Assembly (NCBI RefSeq): GCF_006345805.1 | Contig: NW_021833110.1 | Location: 11,775-75,774 of the forward strand | Reading direction: 5' to 3' | Length of the DNA: 64,000 nucleotides | Origin: Octopus sinensis | Taxonomy: Eukaryota | Shown: positions 1 to 12,783 of the stretch, one piece after another | Numbering within the stretch: position 1 is the first letter of the stretch | How the letters are laid out: every line of letters starts with the position of its first letter | Position numbers and translations under genes: made by a program | The notes under the pieces: model-generated | Database searches by the model: none | Seen by the model: the letters and a program-made list of their open reading frames with translations, nothing else | What the model was told of the DNA's origin: nothing

Positions 1-59
1 TGTGTATGTGTGTAGGCATACATGCATACATACATATATCGCTCTTTCTCTTTTCTCTC

Positions 60-104
<45 letters not shown>

Positions 105-800
105 ATACATACACACATGCATACATATATATGTACATACATGTATACATACATACATACATACATGCATACATATGTACATACATACATATATTCACAC
201 ACATGCTTACGCACACTTTCATACACAGACACATATTACACTAACGGCCATGTATTTGCATGCGTGAGTATACACGTGTAATTATACACAGGTGAGGCGT
301 ATTTATGCGTTATTGTAAATGTTTGTATATGCACAGACACGCACAGAGACTTATGTGTGTGTGTGTGTGTATACGTATATGTACAAACACACACATATGT
401 ATATATATATATACATCTATATATTTATGTATATATATATCTATATATATATATATATATATATATATTATGCATATCTATAATATATATATATAAAGAG
501 AGAGGGAGGAGAGATCAATATATTGATATTTCTGTATTTATCGATGTTTATGTTTATATATATTCATATATACATAAGAATGTGTGTGTTGGTATGTATG
601 TACGTATATATATATACATATGTGTGTGTGTGTTGGTATGTATGTACGTATATATATATATATATATATATATATGTCTGTGTGTGTATGTATCTATGTA
701 TGTATGTATAAATATATGTAAATATAAGTGTATATGGTGCACAAATGCACATGACTGCTTGCATGCATATGTCAAAATGTATATGCATGTATATACGCGC
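1..800. repeat. Compound (TA)n/(CATA)n/(TG)n microsatellite field
   Basis: Continuous dinucleotide and tetranucleotide runs; the overlapping ORFs are [12 protein letters not shown] repeat translations. Confidence 0.95.
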
Positions 801-1471
801 ACCAATCATTCGATGCTATTTCCAGTGATTTCAACGTATTTTCTTTTTCTGTTGCGAATGAACGAAAATTAAATCATAGGTTTGCTTTTATTTTGGGAAT
901 TAGCTCTTGGAGAATATATTTTATTCATTTTAATGCTTTCCTCCATTATTAGGAAAAACATACATCTGCCTACATCAATGTGCAAATATAAACTAACACA
1001 CCAACCGAAGCATATACAAATGCACAAAACACACACACACACACTTGCATACGTATTTATTCACATAAAGACAGTAGTCTTACCTGCATACAAACACAAC
1101 CACACACACACACCATGCAAGCACATGTATATTTACATAGATAAAATCATGTAGTACCGACTATATTTATGCGCTAGTGTGAAAGAAAATGAAAAATAAA
1201 TGGTAAAATGAATTCTAGGAGTAAATTGGAAATTGCAAGAAAAAAAGATGGTATAAATATATGTCAGATTTATGTACTTAAATCTACATGTAAATGCACA
1301 TGGATGCACACAAACTTGCATTCATATATTCATAGTCAACCTCTCAGAAGCAACAGCATAGAAATGCGTACACACGTATTTCTATCCATGCATTTGTCTA
1401 TTAATATAAAAGTATAAAAATATATATACATACAAAAATACATACATGTGTGTACGTGTATGTGTGTGTGT

Positions 1472-1523
<52 letters not shown>

Positions 1524-1909
1524 CATATTTATATATGTTTTATATTTTTAGATAACATTGAAAGAAACGTACAATCGTTCACAGCCACACACGCAAAACA
1601 CCAAGATGTGTTCAAGAAAGTATAAATGGATCTGTGTTTCCAGGAGTTGGCTATAAGTTTGTATATGAAAGCCGGAGTATAAAGACATTTATTCCAAATA
1701 CATAGAAGACCCAGATGAAAAAAAAAATTATATTTGTATGAAACGCTCATTCAATTCAGGAATCCACGCTACAAAATAAAATGTAGACTTATTTAATATG
1801 ATTTTTCTGTACATAAGCTTATATATATAATATAATATGTTGTTTTTTCTCAACATTGTTAGATATATTTATTATATTAGCACTCCTGTTTCGTGTATTT
1901 TGATATTAT

Positions 1910-1943
<34 letters not shown>

Positions 1944-1976
1944 GATATATATATATATAGATATATATATATATAC

Positions 1977-2031
<55 letters not shown>

Positions 2032-2312
2032 CACACACACACCATATATATATATATATATTATGTATGTATCTGTATATGCTGAAACATTTCGCAGAAA
2101 ATATTTTGTCGTAGTACACAGTGATATAATATATATGTGTGTGAATGTGTGTGTATCTATGGGTATATATATTATATATATTTATGTATTTCAACCGTTA
2201 AAAATTCGACGGAGTACTTATAATTTAAATTTACCACTTATTGTATCGGACTCTAAACCGCTAAATTTCAGGAACTAAGAAACCAATATCCTTGCTCAAG
2301 CAGTGACTGGAA

Positions 2313-3347
2313 ATAAATACAAACGCTAAGACCTAAGGCACACCCAATAAGTTTCGAGATTCAATTTAGCATATTCATCATTTTTCCTGTATATACGGTG
2401 AAAGAGTTAAATTTACCCTGTTTAAATACCTCCTTGTGTATATGTATGTCGTTTTAAGAAAAATTTAGATCCAGAGAAGAAGCAGATTGCAAGACGTAGA
2501 GCAGTGTTTGTTTGTTTTTCTACTGAAGGCCGTTTATGGGGTTTACGACCTCAGCGAAATATGAACTCAGAACGTAAAGGCGAAAAAAATTGTACTAAAC
2601 ATTCTGCCCCTCGTCCTAACGATTCTTTCTTCCCATTTTCTTATATTAATACACATGCACACATACACACACACACACACACAACACACACACACACACA
2701 CATAAATATATATATATATATATATATGTATATACACATACACATTTGAATGAGTGAAACTTTCTAAAGCATCTCAGAAAAGGAAAGGTGAGTGAGAGCT
2801 GCGGCAGTCAGTCGACACAACCACAAAAGGAAAAAGTTATAGAAAATATTGTCGGTATTATCGTTGAATAATATTTCTCACCATCAGAGTATCATCTTAT
2901 GTGAGAATCATTTCAAAGAGACAGAAAGTCTTTGCGTGGGTGATTCCTCTTGAATCACAATGCCGTTTCCGTGCTTCTTTTGTCAGATTCACCATTTCTA
3001 CTGCAAGGCAACTGCGATAGATACACAGAGTATATCTGACGTCTTCTTGGAATGAAGAAGACATTTGACAGTATGTCCATTTTACTTTTGACAGTATGTC
3101 CATTTTACTTACCTCACAGGTTCGTGCAACGTTCGATTGTATGTCGTGCTGTGCTTTCTGTTGCATGGATTGCATCCTCTCTCCCACGCTACTTGCTTTA
3201 TATATATTCCGGTGAATCTATGTACAAACACACACGTGAGCACACACCAACACACATTCAGAAACGTGGACATGCAAACACATATACACAGACATACATA
3301 GATATCTGTATCTAGCTTTCTATATGTATGTATGCACGTATGCATGT

Positions 3348-3416
<69 letters not shown>

Positions 3417-3768
3417 TTTTTGTGTGTGTATGTGTGCGTACGTGTGTGTGTATTAATATAAGAAAATGGGAAGGAAGAATCGTTAGCACAAGGGCAAAAT
3501 GTTTAGTACCATTTTCTTCGTCTTTAAGTTCTGAGTTCAAATTTCGCTGAGGTCGTAAACCCCATAAACGGCCTTCAGCAGGAAAAAAACACTGCTCTAC
3601 GTTTTGCAATCTGCTTCTTCTCTGGATCTATATTTTTCTATAAACAACACACATATATACAAGAAGGTATTTAAACAGGGCAAATATAACTCTTTCACCA
3701 TAGATTCAAGAAAAATGATGAATCTCGAAGCTTATTTGGTGTGCATAAGTCATAGTATTTGTATTTAT
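2313..3768. repeat. Long inverted duplication (arms ~2313-2745 and ~3320-3768)
   Basis: TAGATCCAGAGAAGAAGCAGATTGCAA...GAAGGCCGTTTATGGGGTTTACGACCTCAGCGAAAT in the left arm is the reverse complement of ATTTCGCTGAGGTCGTAAACCCCATAAACGGCCTTC...TTGCAATCTGCTTCTTCTCTGGATCTA in the right arm. Similarity runs out to ATAAATAC (2313) and GTATTTAT (3768). Confidence 0.92.
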
Positions 3769-4099
3769 ATTGTGCATGAAACGGGACCCCAAATGCTAGT
3801 TCGAATACTGGGAAAATATTCCTTGCAATAACGCAAAGTCGGTTAAAGACGAATAAATGATCAGGTGGTGGTACTAAAACAGAAAACATGAAGCCCCTCC
3901 CAGCTATGTAGAATAAGTGTTTCTTATGATTATCCGTCTCGTAGGAATGCTAGTGTTGAAGACACGCCCAAGGCGTCGAAAATCAGGGACTGCAACTTGA
4001 AACCTCGAGAATATGAAGCGAACGTCATATTAACATAGTCGCACGTACAAAAGTACGCATGCGTGTACATACGTCTACAAAAGATTTGCTATTTTTGGT

Positions 4100-4275
4100 T
4101 CGAAGCCAGCAAATTAGCGAGAGTGGGTAAGTCATTTACATCGACCCACGTTCTCAATCAACACTCATTTTATCGACCCCCGGAATGATGAAAGACATAG
4201 CGGGAAATTCAACTTCGAATGTAAAGTGCCGGAAAGTATGCAGTGGCGTGCTAGACTCACTGATAGCTTCCTAGC
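4100..4275 (-). mobile_element. Degenerate tRNA-derived SINE, family B
   Basis: TACATCGACCCAC...TTTTATCGACCCCCGGAATGATGAAAG matches the younger copy at 31685-31903. Confidence 0.7.
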
Positions 4276-4286
4276 TTGGTGTATAT

Positions 4287-4371
<85 letters not shown>

Positions 4372-5201
4372 TGTTTATATATAACTTTCCCCCGTCCTGA
4401 TTTTTCTTCAACTCAACTTCAGGAAGAAAGAAAGAAATACACATACATTAGATATATCAAACATCGTTTCTCTTTTATAACCTTTAATTGAGCGTTAAAC
4501 TAATTATTACGCAGTTTTATTCTGTCTTAGATACTTTCCTCTTATGTGTACCTGATATATATATTATACATATATATATAATATATATACAGTATAATAT
4601 ATGTATATATATATATATATATATTTCTGTAGGGTATATATATATATTCTTATATAAGTTATATAAGATATATATGTATACCTATATATATAATATAGTA
4701 TATATATACCTTATCTATATATATATATATATATCTATGTGTGTCGTTGTGTGTTGTGTGTTGTGGTTGTGGTGTGTTGTTTCTGATACACGTACATATC
4801 TACATACAAGCATATATACACGCAAATAAAACACCACACACACACATATATAAAAGTATATATACGTGTACGTTTATGGGGTGATGGTGGGTGTGTTTGT
4901 GTGTATGGTGTTTGGGAGGTGTTGTTGGTGAAACATATGTGTCTGTAGCATTGTATATCTCTACACAACTTAGTTTGTATAAATTCTTCAGGCAACAGAA
5001 TATGAGCTAAAGTTACTATTGTTAAAAATGCAAATCGTTCTACTTTTGTGTCGTATTTCAAAAAAAAAAGAAAATATAAACATAATAACAACATACCAGA
5101 AAATGCTTACAGAACAAATGACATAGTTTTCAGATACACTCCATACATTCATACATTTTCAAGTATTCATTTTATAAGTTTTTAAAATGCAAATAATATA
5201 C

Positions 5202-5241
<40 letters not shown>

Positions 5242-5926
5242 GTAGATAGATAATTATACATGTATGTATATCCATTGAAATATAACAACACGAATAGTGA
5301 TGTACTTTAGCACAGATGAAACTGCCTGAAAATGCTGTGAAAGCTCTCTTCAACACCAAAGATACATTTTAATGTGGGACACCGAACAATTTCTAGAAAG
5401 TAATTCCTTTTCGAGCGTGATGATGTATATTGAATCGCCGATCTATCTTAATTTATAGGGCCGTCTGTTGGGATCGAACATGGTCATATCCAGTTAAGAT
5501 TTTATGAATGTTGTTGCTACTGTTGTTGTCTATATTTCTCTCCTGTCAATTATGAATACAGTTTTCTCTATGGACCTCCCATCAGTATAGAGCGCTGTAA
5601 ATGTAACACTGTTATTTGTGTGAGACGTAGATGCTACTTCGAGCAGGTCGAGGAAGCACGAAGCGGCCCTAACGTAGCTCGAAGTCATTCTACGGGAATA
5701 AAAGCTGCATCTAAATTTTGTGAAATAAGTGTACAAGACGGCAACGGGATATCAACTACGACCCTTTTGCAGCGCCTCCGTCACTGATGAACAAGAAGTA
5801 AGGTGTCACATTGTACATGGAAAAATGTATGGAATATTTACAAATGGCGGATTCTACAACATCTATATATGTGACATATTGTTGTGGTAAATAAAGTGAT
5901 ACTTTTTAGCCACTAGTAAAATATTG

Positions 5927-6100
5927 ATTTCAAATATTGACATAAGGCCAATAATGCAGTGGAAGGAGTAAGTTGATTACATCGAATCCTAATCTTCAAA
6001 TAGTACCTGGGCGTAATTTGAACTCAGAGCTTTAAAAAACAGAAGAAATGACGGTAAGAATTTTGTCCAGAGTGCTGAGGATTGTGTCAGCTCGCCTTGC
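5927..6100 (-). mobile_element. Degenerate SINE family B copy
   Basis: GATTACATCG...AATTTGAACTCAGAGC...TGTCAGCTCGCC matches family B. Confidence 0.7.
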
Positions 6101-6319
6101 CGAGCAGTAGAGTATTATTAACAAGCTAAGGCAATATTTTACTAGTGACTAAAGAGTATCCCTTTAAACGCGATAGCTGAACCGCGATATGGCGAGGGGT
6201 TACTGTTGTACAGAATACTAATGGCATGGCAAACTGATGCACCGTAAAACGAATCGTATCCACAGGGGGAATATTGGCTTGCAACATTCAGAATTTGAAC
6301 CAGGGACATGATGTACATA

Positions 6320-6710
6320 TTCTTGAAGCACTCCGTCGGTTACGACGACGAGGGTTCCGGTTGATCCGAATCAACGGAACAGCCTGCTCGTGAAATTAAC
6401 GTGTAAGTGGCTGAGCACTCCACAGACACGTGCACCCTTAACGTAGTTCTCGGGGATATTTAGCGTGACACAGAGAGTGACAAGGCCGGCCCTTTGAAGT
6501 ACAGGTACAACAGAAACAGGAAGTAAGAGTGAGAGAAAGTTGTGGTGAAAGAGTACAGCAGGGATCACCACCATCCCCTACCGGAGTCTCGTGGAGCTTT
6601 TAGGTGTTTTCGCTCAATGAACACTCACAACGACCGGTCTGGGAATCGAAACCGCGATACTATGACCACGAGTCCGCTGCCCTAACCACTGGGCCATTGC
6701 GCCTCCACTG
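6320..6710 (-). mobile_element. Full-length tRNA-derived SINE, family C, with 12-bp TSD
   Basis: Minus-strand head GGAGGCGCAATGGCCCAGTGGTTAGGG (A box) and GGTTTCGATTCCC (B box). TSD ATGATGTACATA at 6308-6319 and 6711-6722. Near-identical to 59282-59665. Confidence 0.92.
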
Positions 6711-6969
6711 ATGATGTACATAAACCATTAGTTCACGGAACTTCGTTCACATTGTTACTATTTGAATATATGATCGACATAGAGAAATAAAAGTTCAGCT
6801 AAACGATATTCGGTGTTAGGTTATGTGTAACTAGTAACATCTGAAATAATGTTGAAACAAAAGAGACACAGATTATTTAGATTAGCGATTAGATGAACAC
6901 GAAAAGCAACTTAAAAATCAATAAGTAAGAGACAATGATTGAATAAATATATCGTGTGTATAAATACAT

Positions 6970-7000
<31 letters not shown>

Positions 7001-7144
7001 ATAATATATATATATATATCTATTATATATATATAATATATATATATAATATATATACTATATATATTGAAACAACATATACGTGGAAGTGTGTAAACAA
7101 TTCCTTAGTTAATAAATAGATATATAGATATATAGATAGACAGT

Positions 7145-7178
<34 letters not shown>

Positions 7179-7201
7179 TGTATGGATGTATGAATGTATA
7201 C

Positions 7202-7357
7202 GGTGAGGACGCATGGTTAAGTGTTTAAAGCGTCGGGTTTATGATCGCGTGTTCGATTCTCGGACTGGGCCGCGTTTGTTTTGTGCTTGAGCAAGACACT
7301 TCATTTTACGATGGCCCACATCGCTCAGCTGTAGATATGAGATCCGACGTCACTGGT
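7202..7357 (+). mobile_element. 5' fragment of SINE family D
   Basis: GTTCGATTCTCGGACTGGGC...CTTGAGCAAGACACTT...CTCAGCTGTAGA matches 20663-20992. Confidence 0.75.
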
Positions 7358-7390
7358 AAAATTTCCACTTAATTTCTTATTTTGATTTTC

Positions 7391-7427
7391 CTAAAAGTTT
7401 CGTTGCGTTTTGCAACCTTTTCAATAG
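7391..7427 (-). ncRNA. Degenerate hammerhead-like motif in a repeat relic
   Basis: Minus strand reads CTA-TTGAAAA-G-GTTGC-AAAAC-GCAAC-GAAAC-TTT-TAG. Stem II, GAAA and a CTA/TAG stem I are present, but the CUGANGA box is mutated. Confidence 0.4.
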
Positions 7428-7570
7428 TATTGACTCTCACCGTTATTTACACTGCGTTTTGTGCGCATGTGCACAAACAAACAAAAAGGAAAGTAATAAG
7501 TGGAGATTTTACCGATGAGTGTGTTACATTATATGGCACAAAAAGAAAATGACACTCTCCGCTGACACAA

Positions 7571-7608
<38 letters not shown>

Positions 7609-7624
7609 TATATATATATAATAA

Positions 7625-8025
7625 AGTTATCCAAACAAGAAAACACAAAAAAAAACAACACGCGAGGACGTGGAACAAAAATAGTATTATTGGACGCTCA
7701 GGAAAGAAGGAAGAAGGAGGGTTTAACATTTCGAGCGCGAGCTCTCTTCGGAACATAGGAGAAGGAAATCCCGAGAAGGGAAGACAGAGGAAAAAAATCG
7801 CCAACGGTACACACGAGGTCACAGTTAAACCAAAATGAAAACAACAAAAGAAAACACAACAACGTAAGGACGTGGAACAAGTATAGTGTTATTGGACCCT
7901 CAGGAAAGGTAAGAAAAAAGGAGGGATCAACGTTTCGAGCGGAGCTCTTCGTCAGAAACTAAGGAAGAGGAAAGATCCAAGGAAGAGAAGACGGAGAAAA
8001 AACATCGCCAACAATACACACGCGC
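7625..8025 (-). mobile_element. Tandem pair (~200-bp unit) of Penelope pLTR/retrozyme-like repeats, each with a hammerhead motif
   Basis: GGACGTGGAACAA..ATAGT.TTATTGGAC.CTCAGGAAAG recurs at ~7666 and ~7868. Each unit carries TTTCGAGC..GAGCTCT (a minus-strand hammerhead) and ends in ATCGCCAAC...TACAC. Confidence 0.75.
7925..7959 (-). ncRNA. Minimal type I hammerhead ribozyme motif
   Basis: Minus strand reads GTTT-CTGACGA-A-GAGC-TCC-GCTC-GAAA-CGTT-GATC. It has intact CUGANGA and GAAA boxes, a 4-bp stem II and a palindromic AACGUU stem III. Stem I is partly mutated; the sister copy at 7721-7754 keeps the AAAC strand. Confidence 0.75.
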
Positions 8026-8475
8026 TCACACACACACCACACACATACATACACAACAACACTCACACCACACTCACACACACTCACACACACACACCCA
8101 CATGTATTATAGATATATATAATATATATATATATATAATATATATATATATATATACTGTCTGAACACGTCAATACTGCAATATTGACCGTATGGTTAA
8201 GAAGGGAATGGTTTGTTTTATTGTGTTGAATTTTCTTGTAACTGGAGAGAGCAATAAACGATGCAATCTGATGAAACTACTTGTTAATTGAGAGCAAGTC
8301 TGTCTGTAGTATCCAGAAGAATAATCTGGAAATGCTTTTCAATTCCATTTGATTTCGTATAGGATTACTAATGGAATAGACGCAGAAAACGCCAGGATAA
8401 TCTTACAGGAATCAATGGCGACGGTGTTGATGCATTGCCAAATACATATATACGTAATGGCGGCATAAGCGCACG

Positions 8476-8521
<46 letters not shown>

Positions 8522-8903
8522 TACACACACATACACACACATACACACATTTATATTTAGTTTTGTAGATATACAGAAACATAGAGAAAAATATTTAAAA
8601 AACCCCAGAGATTGTTAGATACTTGGATATCTGCGTGCGTCTGAGCGTGTGCGCGTTAATGCAATATATATAAGAATATATGTGTGTGAGTGTGTGTATG
8701 TGTGTGTATGTGTGTGTGTATGTATATATATATCTTTATGTATCTCTCTCTCGATCGTATAATACATATATGTGTGTGCGTGTATATAGATATGTATATG
8801 TATATATCTCTGTCTGTCTGTATGTCTGTCTGTCTGTCTCTCTCACGCTATATATATATATATATATATACATACATAGATCCACACACACACCACACAC
8901 ACA

Positions 8904-8959
<56 letters not shown>

Positions 8960-9942
8960 AATGTAAACGTGTGTCTATTCACGTGTACGTGAATATCCTC
9001 TGAACTGAAATTAAATCAATTTAAATTGGTTATTTTCCTATGACGTAGTTCCCAATACAATATACGGACTTACACGTTCACTTTATTCACGTCTTTTCAT
9101 TCTTCGCACATTTTCGACTCCGGTTCGTCTCCGTATGCCGAATGACGAGCAATAATCGAAACATTGAGGAAACTATTAAAAAGCTAAACGAAATGGGCTT
9201 TCCCATGTTCGTCCTTTTCAGTGACAGAGGATGACAAATCAACTCCTCATTAGACATTGAATTCAAGTGACCGGAGAAATAACTCTGTTCACATCGTATT
9301 CTTGGAAGAACAAGTAGAACATTGTATTTAGTTGAAATGAAATGGCGTTTCTTCAGGTTTTCCGATTTTTACAAATGGCGGACTCTACAACATCTGTATA
9401 TGCGACATTTTGTTGTGGTAAATAAAGTGATACTTTTTAGCCACTAGTAAAATTTTTACTTAGTTTTTAACTAAAATATTTACTTAGTTTTTAATATTGA
9501 GATTGGTTTTAGTTCAAGAATTTTCTCTTTGTTCAGTCTTTGGAAAATCAAGAATATCAGGAAACTAGTAAAAAAATTTCAGTAACAATTGTAATAAAAC
9601 TGCAAAGGAGAATTTAACTCGAAATATCTTTACACGTTAAATCTGGGAAGGTTGTACACGGCAAATGGCACCTAAGGACCACGCAATTGTGTTAAAAGGA
9701 GTAGTTGCTTAACACTACCGCTCCATACTTAGTACCCTGCTATAATTTTACCTCGAATATCCCCTTGAATATTTAAGATTGATATTTGTGTATACGGAAA
9801 GGCAAAATTAGTTGTTTGAAAGGAAGATCTTACTCCGAAACTTCTGCGATTTTTGAAAGTAGCTTCTAGTAATTTTTGTCCACAAATCTATGATCCTGTA
9901 GCCTCTGTATTTTATTTATTAGTTTCTTGGAGACTCATTCCT

Positions 9943-9980
<38 letters not shown>

Positions 9981-10639
9981 ACTCTCTCTCTCTCTCTCTC
10001 TCTTTCTCTTTCTCTCTCTCTCCCTTTCTTTTATGTGCGTTGCTGACGGGAGACGGCACCCATGAACCGGACGAGCATGAGAGATTTTGAGGACAGATGA
10101 ACTTTGGGGAAAAGGTACAACAGTAAATTTGCATTGCATTGAGACGGCGTTTTATTGTTTATTCAGCGAGCTTTCTATTTCCACGACTTTAAACTCGACG
10201 TATCAGTGCCCTTTTTAACTTTCAGGTGCGGTGACGGATTCATATAATATTTGGATATATTCGCTCATCGGTGATTTTATCTGATACATTCCAAGGTGCC
10301 AAAACTTACCCGAGTTTTGCATACTTTAGTCCCATGACCAATTTTACTATTGGATCCACAATTGAATACCTTGCTACATATTACGACCACGTGACGGAGA
10401 GGACTTGGCAGCACTGGTAAAAATAGGGGAAAGGCATAATCGCCACAACTCTGGATTTCTTGAATTGGATTCTGATTATCGCATGCCATTTAATGTCTTT
10501 CTCATATCATGTCTCCTAGGAATGGAACAATATCCGTTGATGCAAAGATCAATTTTGTATCTTTCTCAAGAAAAACAGCGAAAGTTTGGTAAGGGTTTTC
10601 AATAAGGAAAACAGATAGATAGAGATATAGAGGGTGAGT

Positions 10640-10682
<43 letters not shown>

Positions 10683-11360
10683 TGAGAGAGAAAGACAGTT
10701 TTATCAAAAGTAGACCAGAAGCTAGAAGATTAGGGTGACAATAACACAAATTCTCAAACATAAAAGGCACTAAAACATAATTCCAAATATCCTCCGCAAA
10801 TACCACGCCAGGCATTTGGTAAGAAATATCAACGCATTTCGGAACCAGTAATAGTCTTTCGAAAACACCAGAGTTTACTTCGCTTCGTCGTAATTAAACA
10901 CACTATCAACTCGAACAATATGTTCTGTTGTTCGTGTTATGTAGCTATTTATGTTATTTAACATTTTCTCGTTAGAAATTTTACTAGTCCAATAGGAGAC
11001 ACTTTATAATTGTTTTATAATTAGGAAAGACCTCTACTTGCTTCCATTTGTGGTAAATATATTGCTTTTCTATTGCATTAGCTTTGGGTATTCAAAATTC
11101 AGCCATTAGATGCCATGCTGCCGTCTGGTCTTTTTAATTCCCGCAGCGTCCACATAAAGTAATATCAAAATAAAATCTTTCGAGACGAGATAATCTTTTG
11201 ATGCCATTTAATCTTTTTTTCTTTCGTTATTTGTTTTTATTTTTAAGTATCAATTTGAATATATCAGCTTCTAATATTTTTCATTGGGGTTCAGATATAT
11301 ATATATATATTATATATATTTTGTGTGTTTGTGTGTTTGTGTGTACATATATTATATCAT

Positions 11361-11398
<38 letters not shown>

Positions 11399-11464
11399 AT
11401 GTGTGTGTGTGTGTGGTGGTGTGTGTATATATAGTATATATAATATATATATAACATATATATG

Positions 11465-11495
<31 letters not shown>

Positions 11496-12783
11496 ACATA
11501 TATATATATGTGTATATATATGTAAGAATGTATATATATATATATATATGTACGCATGTGTTATTCAGTTTATTAACTTCTAGTTATTTGTGGTATGTAT
11601 ATAATTTCCTTTTTCTTTTCTTTCTTATGCCATTATCGTTCTGTCTTTACTGAATCTATTTTCTGTATCTTTTCGTCAGTGGTTGCATATTGCATCATGG
11701 TATCGGTATAAACAGGTGAACTCATGAGATAGAGAGATGGATGCGAAATTTAGCTTGATACAACTTCGACCAATTAACTTAGACAAAAATACATTTTTTT
11801 GTGGAGCTTCAAATTTAAAATGGAGACGAAAAAATGTACCTCCATTAACGTCATTTGATTTCACTTTTTAGTCAATATGTCAATGAAGATTGAATGTAAA
11901 TTGGTCCTAAGTTCAAATAGAGAATGCACTGAAAACGTTTTTGCATCATTAGCGCCACTCAGTGCCGTATATTTTATGGAAGGTTTCAAAAGTAAGAGAG
12001 AAAATATATAATGACATGAAAATTCCGAAAGCCTTGATTTTGCATGACAAAGTGGTAGACAATCTTTCCTTTGAGGCTTTTTGTGATTTAAATACACCAA
12101 ACAAGGGTGAAAATTTGCATTAATGAGAGTTGAAGGAAATTTAATTGACAATCTTGATTGGAGTGTAACTCGTCATTATTGACAATTGCTGCAAGCAATT
12201 GTCTTATTAGAAGTGCTCACGCAACATAGTCAACTCACTTAGCCAGAAAGAGGTCATTAATATTGACAGAAATAGTGCAAAATAGCCGCAAAGTAAAACA
12301 AAAACACTATCTCTGTTATCGCTACTGCCACGTCTTCCATCATCACCAGCGCTCTCACTGCAGTCAACAGAACGAAAACAGCAATTCATTCGCTGACGTC
12401 GACATTGGTACTTTCGACATTGGTTAATTCCAAGTTAAGGATCAAGTAGGAAAAAAATGTCATCGCAGAATGTTTCCTCTCTACGGAATCACTGAACGAA
12501 TGTATGAGATTGAACATGGTATAATTAATATATTCGACGAAAAATACATCGAAATGAGATTTCCAGCCTACCAACAGAAAAATGGAAGTTCTGCTAGTGT
12601 AAAGCAACATGGTTGCCCCATTTTCCACGCTGGTGCATATGAAAAACGGCATTTTCTTTTTAAACCTAAAGATATGTAGATTTTTATATATTGTATTTCC
12701 ACTTTCATTCTCTTATTTCTTTCTCTCTATATTCCCTATCTCCTCCTCTTCCATAATAATAAACTCCAATATCTTCTCCCACC

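Noticed and set aside
3064-3110. 23-bp tandem duplication (similar 33-bp pair at 37081-37143)
   Set aside because: Ordinary slippage-type duplications with no further structure.
6620-6710. tRNA-like sequence with A and B boxes (also at 20663, 33846, 44518 and 59580-59665)
   Set aside because: These are SINE heads followed by SINE bodies, some with TSDs; not tRNA genes.
9140-9170. ATGACGAGCAATAATCGAAACATTG, hammerhead-like
   Set aside because: Lacks the first C of the core, a real stem II and a stem I.
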